In this document: one piece after another, positions 1 through 8,940 of the stretch
Numbering within the stretch: the stretch's first letter is position 1
Layout of the letters: each line of letters starts with the position of its first letter
The notes under the pieces: model-generated
The model's database searches: none
What the model saw: the letters and a program-made list of their open reading frames with translations, nothing else
What the model was told of the DNA's origin: nothing
Program-made: the position numbers and the translations under genes
Source: Macrostomum hystrix
Lineage: Eukaryota; Animalia; Platyhelminthes
Assembly (NCBI GenBank): GCA_950097015.1
Contig: CATNEN010000007.1
Span: forward strand, 2,232,001 to 2,296,000
Length of the DNA: 64,000 nucleotides
Direction of reading: 5' to 3'

Positions 1-1690
1 CGGACAATGCTCCGAAGTTCAAGTCAGAGAGAGTGTCGCAGTGGCTGAGCAGCGTCGGGTGCCAGGAGGTACACACCCCGCCTTATCATCCGCAGTCTAA
101 TGGACAAGCTGAGCGGCTTGTGAGAAGTCTGAAAGGCGGGTTGAAGACGTGGACCAAGGTGGTGCCATTCGACCAATTTCTGCAGAAGCTGCTCCTGACT
201 ATCCGCACCAGCAGGCCAAGCGGGAACCGCTCGGACTCTCCGGACCAGCTCATGTGGGGCCGCCGCCTACGCCATCCGCTGACCATGACCGAGCAGGTGG
301 GCGACTCCATCTGGCCCGGACAGGCCACTGGGGCCAGGTTTCGCAGGTGGAGCGGCGCGAGGAGCCCCCGGAGGTCCGACGCGCGAGGGCCTTAGATCTG
401 CTGGACTCCCTTCGCCGGAGCGACCCGCCGTACCTCGAAGTCTGGACAGACGGGGCGGCGGAAGAAGGCTTCAGAAATGGCGGTGGAGGCTACATCATCC
501 GGCGTAATGCTATCGGCCCCGACGTCAAGGGCAGTATCCCGACCGGACGGTGGACCAGTTCGACCACTTCAGAAGCGGCCGCGGCGGCGGCGGGGCTCGA
601 GGCAGCCCTCGGTCTCCTTCGGGGGAAGCCGAGCTCGGCGATCTGGCTGCTGTTCGACTCACGAGCCCTGTTCCAGCGGCTGCAGTCCTCGACCAAGTGC
701 CTGCAAGACCACGCCACCGCGCAAGCCGCGATCCTGCTCCAACAGCTGGCCAGCGAGCACAGGCCAACGGTCATCTGGATCCCAGGGCATGCAGGCCTTG
801 CGCTTAACGAGGCCGCCGATGAGCTGGCCCGGAGAGGGTCCGCCATGCAGCAAGACCCCCAGCCTGTCCCCGTGTCGGCCGCCAGGGCCGCCCTCCGTCG
901 CCAGGGACGAGCGGCCGAATTGGCTGAGTATAATCAGCTGGTTCCGGCGGACCACCCCCACAGGCTCTGCGGCGGAGCGCAGTTCATCCACCGGCCAGGC
1001 TGGCCGCGGACGGCCGAGGTGGCGCTGTACCAGCTTCGGGCCAACCGGGCGCCCTTCCTGCAGGCCACCCGGCATCGTTGGGGCCGCGACCCAACCGCTG
1101 CCTGCCCGCACTGCAATGCCCCCGAAGAAGACACCCGGCATTTCCTGTTAGACTGCCCCAGGTGGGCGGAGGAGCGCCGGCTTCACATCCCAGAGGCTAT
1201 CAACGGCTCTATGTCCCCACTGCAGAACGACCCAGAAGGGGTGCGGGCCTTCGTCGAGGCGTCGGGCGCGCTGGCGCGCCCCCCGTATGCCTAGCGAGGG
1301 ATCTGAACCAACACACACACACACTCCATCTGGCTGCGGACTCGAACCGGCACCGCTCCGATTCCGGCCAAGTTTGTCGACCAACACGGTCAGAATACCG
1401 CGCTGGTGGCTGCAGCCGACCTGCTGGACGGCCCACGGATGCGGATGGCCCACGCGAACCAGTGGAGCAGCCGGCCGGAGACCGACGCTGAGCTGAGACC
1501 GACCGAGGCGGCTGGACCTGAGGACCAAGGCGGCCGGGCCGTCACTGGTGCCAGCGCTGGCGCCGACCGGCAGCAGCCGGGACCTGGTGCTTCTGCAAAC
1601 AGCTCCGTGCAGAGTCCAGGTGTCCCCACTGAAGAGCGAAATGATTCTTATGATTTGCGTCCTCGTAAACCTGTGTGTTATAAAGTTTAG
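1..1690 (+). mobile_element. 3' end of a Ty3/Gypsy-type LTR retrotransposon pol (integrase core and C-terminus), interrupted at 316-1334 by a LINE
   Basis: Frame from nt 3 reads DNAPKF...HTPPYHPQSNGQAERLVRSLK (rve integrase motif). Removing the insert and one copy of the target duplication restores one frame: GDSIW|LRTRTG...SYDLRPRKPVCYKV* (stop at 1690). A purine tract GAGGGGAG at ~1795 may be the PPT. Confidence 0.85.
316..1322 (+). mobile_element. 5'-truncated non-LTR retrotransposon: RNase H plus C-terminal CCHC knuckle, (AC)n tail
   Basis: ORF to 1294 contains WTDGA...SEAAA...FDSRAL...WIPGHAGLALNEAADELAR (RNase HI D-E-D-D motifs) and CPHCNAPEEDTRHFLLDC. It is followed by a 16-nt 3'UTR and (AC)7 at 1311-1324. 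Flanking 12-bp direct repeat ACTCCATCTGGC at 304-315 and 1323-1334. Clade (I/Ingi/Nimb-like) not resolved. Confidence 0.88.
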
Positions 1691-1869
1691 TAACGGCCTT
1701 TTTGTGAGTTGGCGACTTCCTGCTGCTTTGACTCTTGATTGTGTATTGTAATTGCTAAATGAAATTATTTGCTTGTTATTATTGTCTTCTGTTTGAGGGG
1801 AGCAGTTAGCAAGTATTATCTATAATTATCCAAATATCAAGCCAAGTAGAAAGTTGTGGTTTTTTTCAT

Positions 1870-2548
1870 GGCAGAGCTTATTCCCACGGTCCCGTGCCGA
1901 TAATTTCAATTTTATCCATACGGACCCGTGCCGATAATTTTCTGCTTATCCACACGGCAGCTTGTATGAATAGGTCTACAACTCTTTATATAAATATGAC
2001 GAGCCGTTAATTTCTGAAATTTTATCCACACGGTTCTGTTCTTTGAAACGAGGACCTTTCGGGTTTGAACGTTTTGTTGAACCCTCGAGCCAATAGATCG
2101 ACAAAGTTAATTGACAGTGCGTTACGACAGTGTTCTACATTTCGACCTACACATTCATTAACCGACATTAATGTCATCCTTTTTAATTATTGTAATAACA
2201 AATTACTAAATCTTTTGTCATCGTTACGTGTTTTCATTCGAATTGTATTGACTTAAAAAGTAAAAAGTCTATCAAAGAAAATCATACAAGTCAACCAGCA
2301 GAATTCTAGTCAGTACCAAACTCGTCACACAAATTATACATCGTTGTTTTTCTTTTACACTATGCATTGATAGTGTACACTATACACTATACTCTGAAGC
2401 AAAAGCCTTATGCTCAGAGAAGAATAGGCAGGGACTTGAAAGTAGACCTATTCATACAAGCTGCTGTGGGGATAAGCAGAAAATTATCGGCACGGATCCG
2501 TGTGGATAAAAGTGAAATTATCGGCACGGGACCGTGGGAATAAGCACT
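1870..2548. mobile_element. Non-autonomous foldback/MITE-like element, copy 1
   Basis: About 103-bp imperfect inverted repeats (GCTTATTCCCACGGTCCCGTGCCGATAATT... at 1876-1978 versus 2443-2545) with no coding capacity. A second copy lies inverted at 32396-33079. Confidence 0.75.
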
Positions 2549-3396
2549 TTCTTTTTCATAGCGATTTAGCAGCTGTATTGAAAAATTCAAATTGATGTTA
2601 TATAGCTTCAATTAGCTTCTTAATAGCTATGCTCTAATTGCATTCATTTCACGGAAATGTTAACCACGTCAAGGACCATAGAAGCAAGATAGGAACTTTT
2701 CACTTGTTTCAGATTAAAATGTTGATAACATTATATTGGAAGAGCACCTGATCTAATGCTGTGCTTTTAATACATCTTGCAAAACATGTTGGATGTTGCC
2801 TAAACGAATTTTGGAAAGCTTCGTTCATGAATTATTGAAACACTTTTTTGTCTTATTTATCATTGAAGCACAATAAGACATAAAAATTTGCCTATGTGCT
2901 TATAGCTTTCCCTACAGAATTTTTACGAAAAAATTCTACGTAGTTCTTTTAAAACACTTTTACTTGATTAGAAAGTGACTGTAAAATTTAGTTAATCACA
3001 GTTAGATCGCGCATTGACTAGCTATAAATTGTCCTTCATGACGAGTAAATCAAAATGAAAAGAAAATGCGGATCAATTTTTCATGTAAGAAGTTTTCTAA
3101 AATTCTTTGAAGTAACATGTTTTGCAAGATATATTAAAAGAACAGCCTTGTACCTGCTTCCAACAAAAAGTAAGGCCTGATCAAGATTCGAATTAAAAAA
3201 ATATAATAATCTGTGAAAAATCTGACTTAATAAAATTTCCAAGAAACGAAATGTCCCATCATTTTTCTTTTAGTTGTCCTTAAACTGAATATTAGCAATG
3301 TACTAGCAAGTTTTGCCCCCCTTCGGGGAGCAGAAATACTTTTAATTCGTCTAGTATATACTTTTTAGCAGCTGAATTTACAGCTTTTTATAGCTA

Positions 3397-3825
3397 CAAT
3401 GAACCCCCAGTTGACAATGATCCCCCAGTTGATGATGATCCCCTAGTTGATGATGATCCCCTAGTTGACAATTATCCCCCAGTTGACAATGAACCCCCAG
3501 TTGACAATGAACCCCCAGTTAACAAAGATCCCCCAGTTGACAATGATCCCCCAGTTGACAATGATCCCCCAGTTGACAATGATCCCACAGTTGACAATGA
3601 TCCCCCAGTTGACAAAGATCCCCAGTTCACAATGATCCCCCATGCAGTTGACAATAATCCCCCAGTTGACAATGATCCCCCAGTTGACAATGATCCCCAA
3701 GTTGACAATGATCCCCCAGTTGACAATGATCCCCCAGTTGACAATGATCCCCCAGTTGACAATTATCCCCCAGTTTACCATGATCCCCCAGTTGACGATT
3801 ATCCCCCAGTTGACCATTACCCCCT
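3397..3825. repeat. 18-bp minisatellite (GTTGACAATGATCCCCCA)n, left part
   Basis: Directly visible tandem units. The array resumes at 7212. Confidence 0.95.
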
Positions 3826-4328
3826 ATTAGTGACCAGCCAGACACAAAGAGACACAACGGGACAATTGGCGAGCAAGGCGAGCAACGCGCGGGAGGCGCA
3901 CAGCGAAAAAGCGACCTCCAAGCTTTGTATTTTTTTTTAACGGGTTACAAAGAATTGAAAAAGGTAATATTTGTATTCGAGTTAAAAGCAGAAATTGAAT
4001 TAAAAAAAACTCAAGCGGAGAGCTGCGCGCAAATTGAATCCGAAAACGTGGTGAGAGGCTCACCTAAAAAGGCTAGCAGGCGGCGGGGGTGGGGGACGGC
4101 CCCACCCCACACAGATGCACAGAGACAGCAAGGGGGCGGGCTGATCACTAAAGCCGGTTTGCACAGGCGCACCACCCATGCAAACCAAAGCATTAGTGAC
4201 CAGCCAGACACAAAGAGACACAACGGGACAATTGGCGAGCAAGGCGAGCAACGCGCGGGAGGCGCACAGCGAAAAAGCGACCTCCAAACCCCAAAGCGAG
4301 CAAGCGAACAAAAGCAGAAGGCTGGGAG

Positions 4329-5324
4329 CTAAAACAAAGCAGAGACACCGCGGGCAAAAGTCACAGCAGCCTCCGCTGTCTGGTGAAACCGGGGGAGATA
4401 ACGCTGCACAGCTTCACTTCTCCAGTCACCAATGCGCATGATATCAGCCACTGGGAGGCCCAGCACAGACGCCCAGGTAGCTCCTCCTCGTCGCAGGCTG
4501 TGCGCGGAGTAAGATTCTGGTCGAACGCCGACTGCGGCAAACTTGTCACGGAGGAAGCAGTCCAGGTGCCTCCCAGTCAGCAGGCGCAAGCCGCCACTTC
4601 CGTCGGCGTAGGACCAGAGTGGTGACTCTGCTGACTTCAATTCGTTGGCGCGGATGTGTCGCTCGACTGCGCTAACCGGGCACAGGGCACGCTGCCGCGC
4701 CAATCTCGGCAGCAGTACCAGGTGGCTGCGCTCCTTGAACTGGATGGTCTTGCCGAACTCGCAGCGCAACACCAGACCCTTCGGATGCTGAAGCAGGTCG
4801 GCGCGCCGGGAAAGGGCCGGGCCCTTGCCAGTTCGTGGCAGAAAGCTGGACTTTCGCAGCATTCCCCACCAGCAGCAGATGGTCACAGCCCAGCAGGCCA
4901 GCTGCAGCCTGTCGGTCTCGTCAACTAGTCGTCGCATCTCCGTCAGCATTGTAGGCGACACAGGCCGCTTTCGGTTCACGCGCAGTCCGAGGACTCGTTT
5001 AGCGCCGCGAAGGAGAAGAACCGCTGAAGCGTGCTTAGTCAGGTCCGGCGACGAGTTAATTCGGAACCAGAGCGACAGAGAGCTGTAGACTGCCGAGATG
5101 CTGCTGTAGGCATGTAGCCGTGTGCCGATCAGACTGGCCAAATAGTTCAACAGGCTCGTGACGTTGCAGGACACTGGATCGCAGCCGGTTTGGCGGCAGA
5201 ACTCCCGCCACTCACGGACGTGTCTGTTGACTGCCTGCGCCGACCTCGGTGCGTACGCAGCGCTCAGCAGCGATGTGGCGCGGCTGCTAAGAGAGTCTGA
5301 CGCAGCTGGGCGGCCTGAAAATTA
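4329..5324 (-). CDS. Tyrosine recombinase of the DIRS-order element
   Basis: Catalytic motifs MLRKSS (R), YSAHSLRRGGA (HxxR) and GDWRSEAVQRY (W...Y). The frame is open upstream of the listed GTG (5174) to a TAA at ~5330 (...AAYAPRSAQAVNRHVREWREFC), overlapping the RH end, with no ATG. The start coordinate is approximate. Confidence 0.9.
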
Positions 5325-6967
5325 AGAAAGGAGGCGGTCGCCAAGCCAAAAGCATGCTGATACAGTGATTGTAGAATGCTTGGACATATAAAACCATACA
5401 AGCGGAGTAAAAAGTTTAAAAGCTGGCCTCGCTCATGCAACCGCGAGGCAGCGTCCGCAAAAATTTGAAAATCACCAGGCACATGAAACGCGCGAATGCT
5501 CATTCCAAAGCGCAAACACATCAGGGCCACCGTCTGCAGCAGCCGCTGCAACGCAGGACACTTTGAAACGCCTTTGTTGATGATGTGACAGGCCGTCTGG
5601 TTGTCGCAGTAGATGCTCACCTTGCAACCTTTGAGCACATCCCTCCACCTCATCACTGCCAGCAGAGGGACCAACGCTTCCTTGTAGTTGATCGGCAGGT
5701 TCGCGAAGGCTGATCCTGCATCCTTCTCCCAGTCCAGGTAGCACCAGTCAAACAGACCATCCTGGTCACGCAGCAGCGCCGCACCACCTCTGCCGCACGC
5801 ATCGGATTCCATCGCCACAACTCGATTGTAGCTCGGCCACAGCTGCACCCATCGGCACGCCTGCAACGCCACCTTCCACCAGTTCAGCTGACTGCGTAAC
5901 CCGGAGTCGACCAGCGTTCGCTGTCCACGCCGTAAGGTGTTGCACCGCTCAATCAGCTCACGCAAGAAGGTCCTTCCGCAACTGATGACCTGCGCTGCCC
6001 ACCCCAACTTGCCAATGACCTGTTGGAGGGCCCGCTGACTAATCCTCACCTTGGCTAACTCGGCACCAACCAGGTTGATCAACTTCCTCGCCTTCTCATC
6101 CGGCAGCTTCTTGATTCCTTCCACAGTGTCGAACTCAATTCCAAGGAATGACATCCGCTGCGCCGGCGGCTGACATTTGGCCGGGTTGACGGTGAATCCC
6201 AGCCGAGTCAGCAAGTAAATCAGATCGACGTAGAAGCGCTGGCAGTTCTCCTGCGTCCCGCAGTAGGCAAAGTCGTCCAGGTAAGACTCGGTGTTGATGA
6301 AGCCTCTGCGCACCATCATCAGATGAATCGCATTGCTCAGGCGCTGAAAGCACGTGACCGAGGCTGCCGCCCCGAACGGCAGGCGTGTATCGAACATGTA
6401 GGTGGGAGTGGCGCAGCCAGGAAACTTGAACTTGAGACCGGTGTTGATGAAGTCTTCTGGGTGCACTCCACATGCGCGGTATGCTTCACTCAGGTCAACT
6501 TTAGTCATATAGCAGCCTCTCGTTAACTTACTTGCGAAGTTTTCAGCGCTTGAAAACCGCAACTTCTCATTGCTCTCCCAGTGCGCGTTCACCGACAGAT
6601 TGTCCGGCCGACTGCAATCGTGAATTAGACGTACCCGGCCGTCATCCTTCGGCAAGGCTCCCAGCGCACTCACAATCCGAGGCCGCCACCCATCCGAGCA
6701 CCGACGGTAGCGGTCAAGGCGAATTTCCCTCAGAATTTGCGTTTGAACAGCTTCAGCGTAAACATTCACAGATTCATAGTTGCTGACCTCGACAGACTTC
6801 AGGTTTTCTCGCTGCACATTCGTAATCCGAAATCCCTCAGACACACCATTCAGGATAAATTGCTTTCTGTCCAGCGGCAGATCGATCGACTCCAACTCTT
6901 CCGTCCATGCCTCCAGCTTCAGGTCAGTTGATAAAACAGAGGAAGTTAAAACCGGATCGACGCGCAG
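5264..6967 (-). CDS. Reverse transcriptase-RNase H of the DIRS-order element
   Basis: Contains RLIHDCS, KVDLSEAY, RLPFG and YLDDF (RT), plus ESDAC, YKEAL, YCDNQ and HVPG..ADAASR (RNase H). The frame is open from 6967, just after an in-frame TGA at 6970-6968. Confidence 0.92.
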   Translation of the reverse strand: MRVDPVLTSSVLSTDLKLEAWTEELESIDLPLDRKQFILNGVSEGFRITNVQRENLKSVEVSNYESVNVYAEAVQTQILREIRLDRYRRCSDGWRPRIVSALGALPKDDGRVRLIHDCSRPDNLSVNAHWESNEKLRFSSAENFASKLTRGCYMTKVDLSEAYRACGVHPEDFINTGLKFKFPGCATPTYMFDTRLPFGAAASVTCFQRLSNAIHLMMVRRGFINTESYLDDFAYCGTQENCQRFYVDLIYLLTRLGFTVNPAKCQPPAQRMSFLGIEFDTVEGIKKLPDEKARKLINLVGAELAKVRISQRALQQVIGKLGWAAQVISCGRTFLRELIERCNTLRRGQRTLVDSGLRSQLNWWKVALQACRWVQLWPSYNRVVAMESDACGRGGAALLRDQDGLFDWCYLDWEKDAGSAFANLPINYKEALVPLLAVMRWRDVLKGCKVSIYCDNQTACHIINKGVSKCPALQRLLQTVALMCLRFGMSIRAFHVPGDFQIFADAASRLHERGQLLNFLLRLYGFICPSILQSLYQHAFGLATASFLNFQAAQLRQTLLAAAPHRC

Positions 6968-7211
6968 TCAGTGCAGAGGCCTGCTCACCTCAGCACCGTC
7001 ATCCCTGTGCGCCATCGCCGCTGAGTGCGGAGAGCGGAGAGCTGCGCGCAAATTGAATCCGAAAACGTGGTGAGAGGCTCACCTAAAAAGGCTAGCAGGC
7101 GGCGGGGGTGGGGGACGGCCCCACCCCACACAGATGCACAGAGACAGCAAGGGGGCGGGCTGATCACTAAAGCCGGTTTGCACAGGCGCACCACCCATGC
7201 AAACCAAAGCA

Positions 7212-7365
7212 GTTGACAATGATCCCCCAGTTGACAATGATCCCCCAGTTGACAATGATCCCCCAGTTGACAATTATCCCCCAGTTTACCATGATCCCCC
7301 AGTTGACGATTATCCCCCAGTTCACCATGATCCCCATTTTGATGATGACTCCCCAGTTGACGTTG
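7212..7365. repeat. 18-bp minisatellite, right part
   Basis: Same unit as 3397-3825. Confidence 0.93.
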
Positions 7366-7370
7366 ATTTT

Positions 7371-8940
7371 TCAAACGCTGGGTTAGCCAAGATTCAAACT
7401 CAGGTTTCGCCATGTTTTAAACCCTGGTGGGCTATGATTCAAACTCTCGTTTTGCCATGATTCAGACTCTGGTTGGCTATGATTCAAACTCTGGTTTAGC
7501 CAAGATTCAAACTCTGGTTGGCTATGATTCAAACTCTGGTTTAGCCATGATTCAAACTCTGGTTTAGCCATGATTCAAACTCTGGTTTAGCCATGATTCA
7601 AACGCTGGGTTAGCCCTGATTGAAACTCGGTTTTTGCCATGATTCAAACTCTGGTTTAGCCATGATTCAAACGCTGGGTTAGCCATGATTGAAACTCTGG
7701 TTTAGCCAAGATTCAAACTCTGGTTGGCTATGATTCAAACTCTGGTTTAGCCATGATTCAAACTCTGGTTTAGCCATGATTCAGACTCTGGTTAAGCCAT
7801 GATTCAAACTCTGGTGTAGCCATTATTCAAACTCTGGTTTAGCCATGATTCAAACTCTAGTTTAGCCATGCTGATGATGATGGTTTAGCCATGATTAAAA
7901 CTCTAGTTTAGCCATGCTGATGATGATGGTTTAGCCATGATTTAGTCTCTGATTTAGCCATGATTCAAACTCTGGTTTAGCCATGATTCAGACGCTGGTT
8001 TAGCCATGATTCAAACTCTGGTGTAGCCAATATTCAAACTCTGGTTTAGCCATGATTCAAACTCTGGTTTAGCCATGATTCAGACGCTGGTTTAGCCATG
8101 ATTCAGACGCTGGTTTAGCCATGATTGAAACTCTGGTTTTGCCATGATTCAGACTCTGGTTTAGCCATGATTCAAACTCTGGTTTAGCCATGGTTCAAAC
8201 TCTGGTTTAGCCATGATTCAGACTCTAGTTTAGCCATGATTCAGACTCTGGTTTAGCCATGATTCAGACTCTAGTTTAGCCATGATTCAGACTCTGGTTT
8301 AGCCATGATTCAGACTCTATTTTAGCCATGATTCAGACTCTGGTTTAGCCATGATTCAGACTCTAGTCTAGCCATGATTCAGACTCTAGTTTAGCCATGA
8401 TTCAGACTCTGGTTTAGCCATGATTCAGACTCTGGTTTAGCCATGATTCAGACTCTATTTTAGCCATGATTCAAACTCTGGTTAAGCCATGATTCAGACT
8501 CTAGTTTAGCCATGATTCAGACTCTAGTTTAGCCATGATTCAGACTCTGGTTTAGCCATGATTCAGACTCTAGTTTAGCCATGATTCAGACTCTAGTTTA
8601 GCCATGATTCAGACTCTGGTTTAGCCATGATTCAGACTCTATTTTAGCCATGATTCAGACTATGGTTTAGCCATGATTCAGACTCTATTTTAGCCATGAT
8701 TCAGACTATGGTTTAGCCATGATTCAGACTCCAGTTTTGCCATGATTCAGACTCTGGTTTAGCCATGATTCAGACTCTGGTTTAGCCATGATTCTGACTC
8801 TGGTTTAGCCATGATTCAGACTCTAGTTTAGCCATGATTCAAGATCTGGTTTAGCCATGATTCAAACTCTGGTTTAGCCATGATTCAAACTCTGGTTTAG
8901 CCATGATTCAAACTCTATTTTTGCAATGATTCAAACTCAG
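7371..8940. repeat. 23-bp minisatellite (GCCATGATTCAAACTCTGGTTTA)n, array 1
   Basis: Directly visible tandem units with point variants. Confidence 0.95.

Larger units (their letters stand above)
3826..7211 (-). mobile_element. Tyrosine-recombinase (DIRS-order, Ngaro/PAT-type) retrotransposon with split direct repeats, lacking gag
   Basis: On the minus strand the order is A1 (7211-7033), RT/RH ORF, YR ORF, B1 (4287-4192), A2 (4192-4014), spacer, B2 (3921-3826). A1 matches A2 (179 bp) and B1 matches B2 (96 bp). This A1...B1-A2-B2 layout is the established split-direct-repeat architecture. Confidence 0.92.

Noticed and set aside
149-1294. 381-aa ORF as a novel integrase-RNase H fusion protein
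   Set aside because: Its first ~55 codons are the Gypsy integrase in the wrong frame. The rest is an inserted LINE bounded by a target duplication.
1795-1869. 3' LTR of the Gypsy element
   Set aside because: A PPT-like tract is present, but there is no TG...CA-bounded LTR or second copy in the window to define it.
1946-2509. TTATCCACA 9-mers (1946, 2022, reverse at 2501; also in copy 2) as DnaA boxes or a bacterial oriC
   Set aside because: They are sub-repeats of a dispersed foldback element in intron-rich animal DNA, with no bacterial genes nearby.
3461-3940. Periodic ORFs over the 18-bp repeat (also 15682-15903, 16725-17490, 18188-20355, 40053-40813)
   Set aside because: They are by-products of stop-free repeat units, open on several frames or strands, with no splice or domain support.
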